Shown: positions 55,703 to 64,000 of the stretch, in pieces
How positions within the stretch are numbered: the stretch's first letter is position 1
Layout of the letters: each line of letters begins with the position of its first letter
Source: Patescibacteria group bacterium
GTDB taxonomy: Bacteria; Patescibacteriota; Minisyncoccia; Phycocordibacterales; UBA918
Direction: 5' to 3'
NCBI GenBank assembly: GCA_039188945.1
Contig: JBCCYW010000004.1
Span: forward strand, 2,313-66,312
Length of the DNA stretch: 64,000 nt
Program-made: the position numbers and the translations under genes
Notes under the pieces: model-generated
What the model saw: only the letters and a program-made list of their open reading frames with translations
What the model was told of the DNA's origin: nothing
Databases searched by the model: none

Positions 55703-57379
55703 TTATAACACTTCTTCTTGGGGAGCGACTACATCAGTCTTAAATATTTTTCCTTCCAGTGACGTTGCTACTTCAAACAGTTCCGGTGACCGAACAACAT
55801 AATACGCCAACACAGTACCCGCTACTCCAGCGATGCCACCAATAAGTCCTTGGATGGAAATACCAACAAACGTGTCAGGATTGATTCCGTCAACCACAAA
55901 GTTGAGCGCAACGTAGGCCATAAAGCCTCCGACCGCAGCAGCAAACCCTGCTCGAGCCACATGCGGTAGCAGCCAGCGCAATGGCAGCGAAAACGCTCGT
56001 CGAGCAAACAGCAGCAACAAGATCGACTGGATAATCATCCCAATTGAATACCCAAGCGGCAGCATCAGCACCTCAGTACCTGGTACACCACTGACTCGCA
56101 TAATTTCCTCGAAGAAAGCCAGAAAGCCATCACTTAGACGAGCATTAACGTACAACCAACCTGCAAAAAAGATTGCGCCGACACTAGAGAAGAGTGTAAT
56201 GAGCAATGGCACTTTTGTTTTACCAGCTGCGTAAAAAGCCCGAATGATAAGCAAATTGACTGCCTGAGCGGCTAAAGAAATTACAAACAACGCTAGTACA
56301 GCAGCTGTTAAGCGCGTAGCGTCCCAATCGAATTCACCACTACCAAGCAAGACTCGTACAATATGTGCTCGCAAAACAATCATCAGTACGATTATTGGTA
56401 ATGACCAAAAGATAATATGTCTCAGTGCGGTAATGATATGCATACTAAATTCACGCATCCGCTGCTTCGCTAGCATTTCCGCCAAAGCCGGGAAAGCCGC
56501 TACCGAATAACTCACCCCGACAATGGCTAGTGGGACTGACTGAAGATTAAATGCAAATTGAAAGACCGATACCGAACCAACTGCCATCACGCTGGCTACA
56601 CTCACCAGAACAAGGAGTACGATTTGATTAAGCGAGAGTGTGAGTGCTCGAGGAATAGCTACCGCACATACTTCACGAAGAAAACTTCGCGAGATAGTAG
56701 TGGTAAAGCCAAACCGTAAATTCGTGCTACGTACGAGCGGCAGCTGCACCAACATGTGAGCAGCCGAACCGAGCACCACACCCCACACCAAGCCCGACAA
56801 CCCCATAAGTGGGTAGAAAACAACTACACCAATAATAATTCCAATGTTGTAGAAAAGTGGACTGATGGCATATACCACAAAACGGTGGTGCAGCTGAGTA
56901 ATGACCCCAAAGAGACTCGAGATACCGAGCAGGAGCGGTTGCAGGAGCAGTATGCGCATAAGTGTAGCCAACTCAGTAGTATGCTCGGAAAGACCAGGAA
57001 ACAAAATACCGACAGCTGCTGGCGCAAGCACAAACAAGACAGCAGCAATCGCGACATACGTTACTAAAAACAAAGAAAAAATCTGACTCAGTAGCTGTGC
57101 CCCCGCTTGCTCTCCAGCTGTTTCTGTAGTTCTACTAACAAACGGAATTAGTACATACACTGATAGCACCGAAGCAAACAAAACGAACAAGAGATCAGGA
57201 ATACGAAACGCACTGTAGTAGAGATCAAGCTCAATTCCGGTGCCAAAAGTACTCGCCAGCGATCGATCACGGATCAGGGCAAGCATTTGCGATCCAAACG
57301 CAAACAGTGCCAGCACATATGCAGCCTGGTGCAAGCCTCGCACCTCAGAGTAGAAAATATCTAGTACCCGGCGAACCAT
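55703..57379 (-). CDS. murJ: Lipid II flippase MurJ/MviN
   Basis: 14 TM, N-terminal SQMLALIRDR...YYSAFRIPDLLF motif. Confidence 0.8.
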   Translation of the reverse strand: MVRRVLDIFYSEVRGLHQAAYVLALFAFGSQMLALIRDRSLASTFGTGIELDLYYSAFRIPDLLFVLFASVLSVYVLIPFVSRTTETAGEQAGAQLLSQIFSLFLVTYVAIAAVLFVLAPAAVGILFPGLSEHTTELATLMRILLLQPLLLGISSLFGVITQLHHRFVVYAISPLFYNIGIIIGVVVFYPLMGLSGLVWGVVLGSAAHMLVQLPLVRSTNLRFGFTTTISRSFLREVCAVAIPRALTLSLNQIVLLVLVSVASVMAVGSVSVFQFAFNLQSVPLAIVGVSYSVAAFPALAEMLAKQRMREFSMHIITALRHIIFWSLPIIVLMIVLRAHIVRVLLGSGEFDWDATRLTAAVLALFVISLAAQAVNLLIIRAFYAAGKTKVPLLITLFSSVGAIFFAGWLYVNARLSDGFLAFFEEIMRVSGVPGTEVLMLPLGYSIGMIIQSILLLLFARRAFSLPLRWLLPHVARAGFAAAVGGFMAYVALNFVVDGINPDTFVGISIQGLIGGIAGVAGTVLAYYVVRSPELFEVATSLEGKIFKTDVVAPQEEVL

Positions 57380-57388
57380 GCCCAGCTA

Positions 57389-59977
57389 TTACCCTGCTTC
57401 TTCTGTTTCAGTTACAGTTTCTTCATCAACTTCACTTGCTTCTGGTGTTTCAATCTCGGCAGTAGCGTCTTCATCAGCTAGGGGTGGCACATTTACTGGC
57501 GTTAGGAGATCAGTATCTGGAACTGTGTCTGGGCTGGTACTGACCGTCGCATCTTCAGTGGTTGGAGCTGGTTCGCTAATGAGTCCTGGCTGACTTGGAG
57601 TCGGTAGTCCCTCGCCACTCTCAAGTTGTGCAATCAAACTATCAACAACCGTGTTATCAGGATTGAGATCGCGAACGATCTGCAGCTGCGCAATGGCATC
57701 AGCATCTCGTCCTTGCTCGGCATAGGCGAGCGCCAGGAGGTAGCGTGCGTTGGCGTAGTTCTGATCGAGCGAAATAGCGGCTTCAAACGCCTGAATAGCA
57801 GCAGCGATATCAGCATTGGCTGAATGCAACACACCAAGCTGATAGTAGCGGGCTGGATTCTGTGGCTCAAGAGAGATAACTGCCTGAGTCGTGCTGATGG
57901 CTCCTGTCGTATTGCCGGCAGCGATATCAAGCTGGGTGAGGAACAACAGCGCATCGGTGTAGTCTTGCTTGAGACGAACCGCCTCGGCGGTCTTGGTACG
58001 AGCGGCTTCGAGATCACCAGTTCGCGAATCGATCTGCGCTTCGATTAAGAGGTATTCTGGATTTTGTGGGTCAAGACGACGCGCCTCAGCAATAGCCTCT
58101 CGCGCCCGTTCAGCCGAACCCTCGATGTTTGCAACCGTCAGAACACTGTACACACTACCGAGCGTCGCCCAGTTGAGTGCATCAGTGCCATCGATATCAA
58201 CCGCTACCTGGGCGGAGCGGATACCGTTGGCAATAGCATCTCGAAATTGCTGCTGCTGGGTTTCGGTTGGCTCTGGAAGGTTGAGTAGCGTATTTATGCG
58301 AGCTAGTTGGTAGCCAGCGATCTGGCGGGCATACGTATCACTTTCGTAGAGCGTGAACGCTTCGGCAATTTGTTGCTCAACAGCTTCGAGTTGCGTGCCC
58401 GCTTGGATACTACCAATTGCATCATTGAAGCTGTATAGCGCAACATAGTGACGGCCCGAGAAGTAAAGCGTCGCCACCGAAGCCACAATAACCACCATCA
58501 CACCAGCAACGAGTGCAAAACCAGCTCGACGATCGGTCGAAATCGAAATGGTGAGAGCTTTCCCTGGCATCAGGGCTGAATTGGCCACAAATGTGACGCC
58601 AGTAAAAATTGCTGCTAAGAGCAAAATACTACTACCCGGCACATAGACAATACTCATGCCCCACAAAAAGACTGCCGCCACAAAGCTTGATGAACCAATA
58701 AAGTACCAGAACTTATCTGATTGTCTGGTGTAAAACAACATCCTAAACCCGGTGTAGAGCAGTAGCCCGAGAAATGCTATCCAAGCGACAATACCGACGA
58801 TACCGGTAGTCACCAGAAAGGTTGGAATGTAACCACTACCAGCGTTGAAGGACGTGTTCCAAAAGATAGTGCTGTTTATGGCTGGGTCTTTGTAGAGTCG
58901 CCAAGCGTCACTGAATTTGTTAGGACCAATACCTAAAAAGGCATTTTCGCCGAATGTGGCAGCGGCAACATCGACAGTAGCCTCGAAAGAGGGACGAACT
59001 TCAACAAATGAGATGCTAGTGACATTACTCACCGCATTCCCAAGGAGCGACCCACCAATCACAAAAATAAGTGAGACCACAAACACTAGCATTGTTGAAA
59101 GGGTCGCAGTCAACGACGTGCTGCCCTTGGCTGTGGTCGGCATCAGTTCTGATTGCGGACGAAACCGATCTTTTGTGAGAGCGTACATCAGTACTACCAA
59201 ACTCACGAGACCAAGTACAAGCCAGATCGTGAAAAAATTGATAACCGCCAACATCGCGAGTGACACAACAACTACAGCCGCGAATAGGCCCTGACCAAGT
59301 TTCGGCAACGGCAGCTGCTCAAGAGCGACGATAGAGAGCAAGATGGAGAGTCCGAAGAAGATTGCTAGGTCGTTCCAGCCCCCTAGTGGTGAACTGACGT
59401 TTGAAGTAAATAGACCGAGCGATAGAAAATCAGCGCCAAAAAAGACCCGAAAGAGATGGAAGAGTCCGAGCAACACGGTGCTGGCCGCTAATAAGGTGTA
59501 CAAGCGCATTAACTGCACCTTGTTATCAATAAACATGCCAGCTGAGGTCGCCACCAGTGCCATCAGGACCAAGAATAAAGCTGACTGCGTTTCAAAAGCT
59601 TCGCCAACAAGCGCATCTCCACTGTCACCAGAAAACAACGCTGAGAGTAGTGCTACACCCGCCACACCCCAAAGCGCAACCAGAGCTCGCGAAGCAGCGA
59701 GATTAATGGTTCCCGAGCGTAGTACCGACAGACTAAAGAAGATAAGTGCCACAAAGATGCCGAATAGGACAAACAGGGTTTTTGAGTAACCGAATGGCGC
59801 TAGAGCCGAAGGAATAAAAAATATTGGTGTCAAACCAAACACGATGGTCAAAACGTACTGCGAGATAGTGCGCAGGGTTACAGCCATCGCATCAGAAGAC
59901 TGAGATTGTGATTGCATAAAATTACTACCTAGAAATAAAACCTCCAAACGCTTGGTGGATTCTTGTAAGAATACCAT
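57389..59977 (-). CDS. O-antigen ligase/polymerase-like polytopic membrane protein fused to C-terminal TPR repeats
   Basis: About 12 TM helices then repeated TPR-like A..Y/A..L motifs. Confidence 0.6.
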   Translation of the reverse strand: MVFLQESTKRLEVLFLGSNFMQSQSQSSDAMAVTLRTISQYVLTIVFGLTPIFFIPSALAPFGYSKTLFVLFGIFVALIFFSLSVLRSGTINLAASRALVALWGVAGVALLSALFSGDSGDALVGEAFETQSALFLVLMALVATSAGMFIDNKVQLMRLYTLLAASTVLLGLFHLFRVFFGADFLSLGLFTSNVSSPLGGWNDLAIFFGLSILLSIVALEQLPLPKLGQGLFAAVVVVSLAMLAVINFFTIWLVLGLVSLVVLMYALTKDRFRPQSELMPTTAKGSTSLTATLSTMLVFVVSLIFVIGGSLLGNAVSNVTSISFVEVRPSFEATVDVAAATFGENAFLGIGPNKFSDAWRLYKDPAINSTIFWNTSFNAGSGYIPTFLVTTGIVGIVAWIAFLGLLLYTGFRMLFYTRQSDKFWYFIGSSSFVAAVFLWGMSIVYVPGSSILLLAAIFTGVTFVANSALMPGKALTISISTDRRAGFALVAGVMVVIVASVATLYFSGRHYVALYSFNDAIGSIQAGTQLEAVEQQIAEAFTLYESDTYARQIAGYQLARINTLLNLPEPTETQQQQFRDAIANGIRSAQVAVDIDGTDALNWATLGSVYSVLTVANIEGSAERAREAIAEARRLDPQNPEYLLIEAQIDSRTGDLEAARTKTAEAVRLKQDYTDALLFLTQLDIAAGNTTGAISTTQAVISLEPQNPARYYQLGVLHSANADIAAAIQAFEAAISLDQNYANARYLLALAYAEQGRDADAIAQLQIVRDLNPDNTVVDSLIAQLESGEGLPTPSQPGLISEPAPTTEDATVSTSPDTVPDTDLLTPVNVPPLADEDATAEIETPEASEVDEETVTETEEAG

Positions 59978-60017
59978 ATAAGAAAAACCACCAGTCGGTG
60001 AACTAGTGGTTTTTCAG

Positions 60018-60368
60018 GTCCAGCACATATAAGCCGAATTCTGTCGAGGCAAGCCTCGGATGATCATATACCTGGGATAGTTGTTGCCAACTACCTCGTG
60101 CGGCTCTTCCGGCCGAAATTTCAGGCAAGTGCCTGAAATTTCGGCCGGACACGGCCTTGCATACAGGTAAGGATTTTGCCGTTTCACCCTCTGTGTTACC
60201 ACAGAAGCTATTCCCAGAAGGAATTCCTTCACTTTCGATCCGGACGTCTCTGCTCGCACCTCTACGTAGTTACCTACGCGACGGGCGTTACCCGCTACCC
60301 TGCTCCACCAAAAAGGTGGGTATGTTCGGACTTTCCTCTGCACCAAAGTACAGCGATCATCATGTGCG
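60018..60368 (-). ncRNA. rnpB: RNase P RNA, bacterial type A
   Basis: On minus strand: GAGGAAAGTCCGAAC (P4 5' strand), GCAGGGTAGCGGGTAACGCCCG, GGGTGAAA, ACAGAATTCGGCTTATA (P4 3' strand), P1 pairing CGCACAT/ATGTGC. Confidence 0.85.
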
Positions 60369-60390
60369 GTAGCAGCTATTATGCAACAAA

Positions 60391-60951
60391 TTAATTTTTC
60401 TGCAACTGTTCTGGGAGTATCACCTGTTCCCCTTTTGTGATGCCATGTTTTTCTGAAAACCCTGCCACTGTTTCCACTACGTAGCGCGCTGGCGAATCTG
60501 GCTTAAATGACGTTGGATAGGTCTCAGGCGAAACACTCTCTTCTATATGTACGATCGTGCCTGTTGCCGATACCCAGATCATATCGATCGAGAACAACAT
60601 GTCTTTCATCCAAAAACTCCAGGTGTCGTCGCGCGGAAATACAAATAGCTTCACTTCATCCTCTTGCATACCCGGTACGCCTGAGAGACCTAGGATTCTC
60701 TCTTCACGGTCATCTGCTACTGATGCCAGAACAGGTACAGAACCAACTGTCATGGGCACAGTGCCAAATGGTGTCTCCTCAGGATCAGCTTTAGGAACTG
60801 GGACTTCAACGACCGTTAGGGATTCTTCTGTAGGACTTGCAGTAGTGTCATCAACTGACTCTGGCCGATCTATCTGCTGAGAAACTGCAACGCCCACAAT
60901 GGTTCCGAGTAAAAGTGCAATCACAACCCCAACGACAAGCGGTCGATTCAT
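60391..60951 (-). CDS. DUF192-family secreted protein
   Basis: Signal anchor then FWMKDMLFSIDMIWV...YVVETVAG pattern typical of DUF192/COG1430. Confidence 0.55.
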   Translation of the reverse strand: MNRPLVVGVVIALLLGTIVGVAVSQQIDRPESVDDTTASPTEESLTVVEVPVPKADPEETPFGTVPMTVGSVPVLASVADDREERILGLSGVPGMQEDEVKLFVFPRDDTWSFWMKDMLFSIDMIWVSATGTIVHIEESVSPETYPTSFKPDSPARYVVETVAGFSEKHGITKGEQVILPEQLQKN

Positions 60952-60956
60952 GGCAA

Positions 60957-61361
60957 CTAGCTAAAGAGACTAAAGAGGTACACTGCCCCGGCTGCCACAC
61001 TCGCTCCCAGCACCGTACCCCAAAGCATGTCGACAATAACCACTTGTAGTGGCCAGTCACGGAGCGTAGCTAAATTAGTAAGATCGTAGGTGGCATAGGT
61101 AAAAAAGCCATAAAGTGCCCCAAGAGTCAGCGCGGTAATAACCGAGCTTTTCTCAGCCGCTGGATACAGCGCAAAAAAAGTAAGGCCAAGGAGAAATACC
61201 AAGTAAAAGATGATAGCCGCTGGCCAATTGATATCTCCCATCAAGTGGTCAAGGCGCGTGCGATAAAAACTCTTTGCAATAACACCCAACCAGAGTAAAT
61301 CAATGATAAAAAAGAGAGGTACGCTAAGGGCGTAGAGAGTTACAAATGTTACTAGATTCAT
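60957..61361 (-). CDS. Small polytopic membrane protein (134 aa)
   Basis: 4 TM helices. Confidence 0.45.
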   Translation of the reverse strand: MNLVTFVTLYALSVPLFFIIDLLWLGVIAKSFYRTRLDHLMGDINWPAAIIFYLVFLLGLTFFALYPAAEKSSVITALTLGALYGFFTYATYDLTNLATLRDWPLQVVIVDMLWGTVLGASVAAGAVYLFSLFS

Positions 61362-61382
61362 AACTGCAGTATAGCAAATACC

Positions 61383-62159
61383 CTACCCAAGAGCGCCTGG
61401 GTGTTGCTGACTCCATTGCGAGAACACCGTACCAGCTGAGACAGAAGCATTAAGGGACTCAACTCGATCAGAAATCGGGATAGTGATCAGCTGATCACAG
61501 GCTTCGCGGGTTTTTTCACGTAACCCATCAGCTTCGTTTCCAAGCACAAAGACAGTTGGCTTCGAAAACGTTTCTTCATACAAAGAACTTTCTCCTTCCC
61601 CGGCCAAGCCATATACCCAGAACCCCTTATCTTTGAGATCCTTGAGGGTAGTATTTACATTCCCAATCGAAACCAACGGAACCGAAAATGCCGCTCCCGC
61701 AGAAACCTTAATGACAGTTCCAGTGACTGGCGCTTGGCGGTGTTCAGGAATCAGTACCGCGCTCAAGCCAAACGCTGCGGCTGAGCGAATGACCGCACCA
61801 ACATTGTGAGGGTCTTGCACTTCACCCAAGACCACCAGAGCGGTTGCTTCGGTTGGCTCGAGCTCAGCAATGAAATCTTTGTAGGGAGTAATCATGGTTG
61901 CCGTAAGTACCCGCGCGATCACACCTTGGTGAGTTGCATCATTCGATACGCCACCCGGCAACTTCTTCCCGGTAATCGGGAGGATTTTAATCCCTAAACT
62001 TCGCGCCCGATCGCGCACCCAAGCATCTTCAAAACTATGTGAAAGATAAAGGGTCGTAAACGCCTCCGGGCGTTTTTCCAACGCTTCTTTGACAGCATGT
62101 TTTCCGTAGATGAAAGTTTCTGAACGTTTCATGCCCACTACTCTAGCACGAATGGCCAT
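61383..62159 (-). CDS. SpoU/TrmH-family RNA 2'-O-methyltransferase (RlmB-like)
   Basis: VLGEVQDPHNVGAVIRSAAAFG, VLGNEADGL, ESLNASVSA motifs. Confidence 0.8.
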   Translation of the reverse strand: MAIRARVVGMKRSETFIYGKHAVKEALEKRPEAFTTLYLSHSFEDAWVRDRARSLGIKILPITGKKLPGGVSNDATHQGVIARVLTATMITPYKDFIAELEPTEATALVVLGEVQDPHNVGAVIRSAAAFGLSAVLIPEHRQAPVTGTVIKVSAGAAFSVPLVSIGNVNTTLKDLKDKGFWVYGLAGEGESSLYEETFSKPTVFVLGNEADGLREKTREACDQLITIPISDRVESLNASVSAGTVFSQWSQQHPGALG

Positions 62160-62284
62160 GTTTTTAAGGTTTGTCTATTGCAGAATATACAGAATGTGTT
62201 TTAATCCTTGCACGACCTAACTCCTAGAGGCCAGTCGACCAAGAGGTGTAAGGGTTATTTACAAAGTTTAATCGCAAACAATCC

Positions 62285-62533
62285 ATGACCGGAACAATTG
62301 CGCGTGTCACTGACAAGGGATTCGGATTCATCAAGCCTGATGAAGGTGATAAGGATGTATTCTTTCACGCCGCTTCTCTCAACGGAATCGCATACGACGA
62401 CCTCCGTGAAGGTGACGCTGTAACCTTCGACCTCGAAGAGGGACCAAAGGGACCAGCTGCAGCCAATGTAACAAGGGCTGAGGGTGGTGCAGCTCCAGAA
62501 GCTGCTGACGAAGCAACCGACGAAGCTGCGTAA
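62285..62533 (+). CDS. Cold-shock protein CspA family with Ala/Glu-rich tail
   Basis: GTIARVTDKGFGFIKPDEGDKDVFFH. Confidence 0.85.
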   Translation: MTGTIARVTDKGFGFIKPDEGDKDVFFHAASLNGIAYDDLREGDAVTFDLEEGPKGPAAANVTRAEGGAAPEAADEATDEAA

Positions 62534-62544
62534 GCAGCAACACA

Positions 62545-62582
62545 AAAAGACGCGCCGGCTCCCGCCGGCGCGTCTTTTTTGT
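62545..62582 (+). terminator. Intrinsic terminator AAAAGACGCGCCGGC-TCCC-GCCGGCGCGTCTTTTTT
   Basis: Seen in sequence; a second hairpin at 62594-62611 serves the minus-strand gene. Confidence 0.75.
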
Positions 62583-62635
62583 ATAAAAAGAAAAGGGCCG
62601 CGGACGGCCCTTTGGTTCTTCGCACAGCTCACGAC

Positions 62636-63127
62636 CTAAGTTGCTTTTGGCCACATCGTCATCACAAGACCAACTGAAATTACGATGACACCCACAAAGT
62701 TTATCCACCCAAAGTCAGACTCTGGAAATCCTTGAGGATGTTTTTTACCCAACCAGTACAACGCCAGATATGATATCGGCGCATTAGCACCGATGATGGC
62801 CCACACCATTCCAGGATTTGGTGCCGCCGCCAAAGATTGCGCCATCCAGGCATTAGCGACTCCACCAAAAACGAGTCCCAAACCAACTACAACGACGAAA
62901 ACCCACCCCGGTTGAAACAGGCCAACGACAGTAGCTTGTGGTGACATCCACGTAAATGCAGTAAACGCCAAGACGATGCCAATATACCAGCTCATTAAGA
63001 ACTTTTCTGCTGTAAAGCTAGGTATCCGATGGGCCGTCCACACCATAGCGACAGTAAAACCAGCCAAAATAATCGTTGAGGCCAGTGACTTAAGCTGCCA
63101 TGGCCAGGCAGCTGTCTGTTCAAGCAT
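62636..63127 (-). CDS. Polytopic membrane protein (163 aa), possibly small transporter
   Basis: 5 TM helices. Confidence 0.45.
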   Translation of the reverse strand: MLEQTAAWPWQLKSLASTIILAGFTVAMVWTAHRIPSFTAEKFLMSWYIGIVLAFTAFTWMSPQATVVGLFQPGWVFVVVVGLGLVFGGVANAWMAQSLAAAPNPGMVWAIIGANAPISYLALYWLGKKHPQGFPESDFGWINFVGVIVISVGLVMTMWPKAT

Positions 63128-63504
63128 GATTTTCTCCTGTTCTGAACTGTCGCAACTATATGAAAAACAGAATAATTTGCAACACTAAAACCCACGACTT
63201 AGGAAAGTGCGGGCTTTAGCGATAACGTATTGTATTCATTTTGTAGTGATTACCAATTAAATATTGGAACACGTACCCTTGCCGAAATTGAGTTGTAGCT
63301 GACTGCCGGTCAGTTGACCAGGACCACCACGGCAGATGTTCGGCATAGTAGTGAGTCTAAAATGATCGTTTAGGCGCCTGCGTAAAGCAATTGCTCTAAG
63401 AACTAGGTGACTCGGGCGACGGACCATCTGCTGCCCTGCTCGCTACTTATTACTACTACCCAGCGGGAAAATTATTTCATTCCAAATATAGCTTTTAAGG
63501 CAAT

Positions 63505-63533
63505 TGACAATAAGTAAAAATATGCTATTATAT
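63505..63533 (+). promoter_or_regulatory. Sigma70-like promoter TTGACA-N16-TATTAT upstream of DEAD-box helicase gene
   Basis: Seen in sequence. Confidence 0.5.
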
Positions 63534-63650
63534 AAAGGCTTTTGATCTATTGTGTGGAATGTCAGAGGCGCGGAAACTTGGTTTACCTCTTGCTTCTGGA
63601 TTTATACTCCGCACCCTGAAACACGCAGTGTTTCCTAACTCAACAACCTA

Positions 63651-64000
63651 ATGCAAACTACTCGTAGCCGAGGTCCTCGACGCCATGGCAGTGCGTCTGC
63701 CCGTCCGAACAAACGTCGACGTTTTTCTTCGCAGCGACCAAACAATCGTCGGTCATTTCATGGTGGTTCTCAGCCATCGCGAGGTCGTCGTCGCGTGATG
63801 CCAAGCTTCGACCCATCACAATTTATTAACAAAAACCCAACTGAATATACCGAGGAGGTGTATCAGGCACAGCACAAGTTTAAAGACTTTGGGATAGATG
63901 GTCGGATGCTCAAAACCCTAGCAGCTATGAACATCGATACCCCTTCCCCGATTCAAGATCAGGTGATTCCGCATATTCTTGAAGGAAAGGATGTGGTTGG
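63651..64000 (+). CDS. DEAD-box RNA helicase, partial (N-terminus with Arg-rich extension; runs off window end)
   Basis: ...FKDFGIDGRMLKTLAAMNIDTPSPIQDQVIPHILEGKDVV (Q-motif and motif I approach). Confidence 0.7.
   Translation, partial: MQTTRSRGPRRHGSASARPNKRRRFSSQRPNNRRSFHGGSQPSRGRRRVMPSFDPSQFINKNPTEYTEEVYQAQHKFKDFGIDGRMLKTLAAMNIDTPSPIQDQVIPHILEGKDVV

Noticed and set aside
60014-60394. Three ORFs (110, 71, 72 aa) in the 60.0-60.4 kb region
   Set aside because: Region is RNase P RNA; ORFs are Arg/Pro-rich artefacts
62255-62708. Minus-strand ORFs (125, 86, 109 aa) antisense to cspA and its terminator
   Set aside because: Overlap a canonical cold-shock protein gene; Arg/Cys-rich artefacts
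1-64000. CRISPR arrays, rRNA genes, transposases/integrases
   Set aside because: No regularly spaced direct repeats, no rRNA-like conserved stretches and no recognisable transposase or recombinase ORFs were seen by eye. The tRNA-fragment scars are the only mobile-element-like signal

Overview
This 64-kb window is most likely chromosomal DNA from a reduced-genome bacterium, plausibly a Candidate Phyla Radiation / Patescibacteria lineage. That placement is an inference from several compact housekeeping proteins (IF-2 about 500 aa, GyrA 823 aa, ValRS 720 aa), many secreted VirB2/TrbC-like pilin paralogs and weak Shine-Dalgarno usage. It is gene dense on both strands.

Recognisable housekeeping genes: clpB, a cysteine desulfurase, infB, rbfA, trhO, gyrA, rpsA, pth, lepB, rpsU, ybeY, ftsA, ftsZ, trxB, glmS, an MsbA-like ABC exporter, tsaC, tsaD, valS, a PrsW-like protease, hsp20, a tandem cold-shock-domain protein, a glutaredoxin, an FtsB-like protein, lepA, murJ, an O-antigen-ligase/TPR protein, an RlmB-like methyltransferase and cspA.

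RNA genes: nine tRNAs, namely Tyr, Leu-TAG, Lys-CTT, Leu-TAA, Cys, Glu, Val, Phe and Arg-CCT. A bacterial type-A RNase P RNA sits on the minus strand at about 60018-60368, where the ORF track shows only spurious ORFs.

Most interesting content:
- Pilin system, two loci: (a) 426-2829, an operon of two VirB2/TrbC-like pilin N-terminal domains fused to putative peptidoglycan-hydrolase C-terminal domains, one SLT/lysozyme-like and one possibly M15-peptidase-like; (b) 15540-18518, four small pilin paralogs in tandem, one carrying a 3x30-bp tandem repeat that encodes DNPVLGGGGG, plus an anchored substrate-binding-like protein, next to an SPFH/band-7 protein and a membrane partner.
- Partial gene duplications: several tRNA genes and pth each have a partial copy of their own 5' end (16-40 nt), followed by a hairpin, about 80-160 bp upstream (tRNA-Tyr, tRNA-Cys, tRNA-Leu-TAA, pth). 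There is also a 3' copy for tRNA-Leu-TAG and an orphan tRNA 5' fragment next to tRNA-Val.
- Inverted-repeat element: a conserved ATCTCTAACG(N)GA motif occurs as an inverted pair about 100 bp apart at two loci. In both, the proximal arm directly abuts the ATG of hsp20 or of a small membrane ORF, consistent with an RNA-thermometer-like or operator element.
- rpsA leader: a strong sigma70-like promoter drives a long structured leader containing a hairpin whose loop reads CCUCCCUCU, which resembles an anti-SD.
- Other points: a Nudix gene is broken by a 1-nt frameshift, a HisRS paralog has a degenerate motif 2, and a protein-kinase-fold gene sits in an operon with tsaC next to tsaD, a KEOPS/Bud32-like arrangement.

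No CRISPR array, rRNA or obvious transposase was seen. Coordinates of RNA features and hairpins were read by eye and may be off by 1-3 nt.
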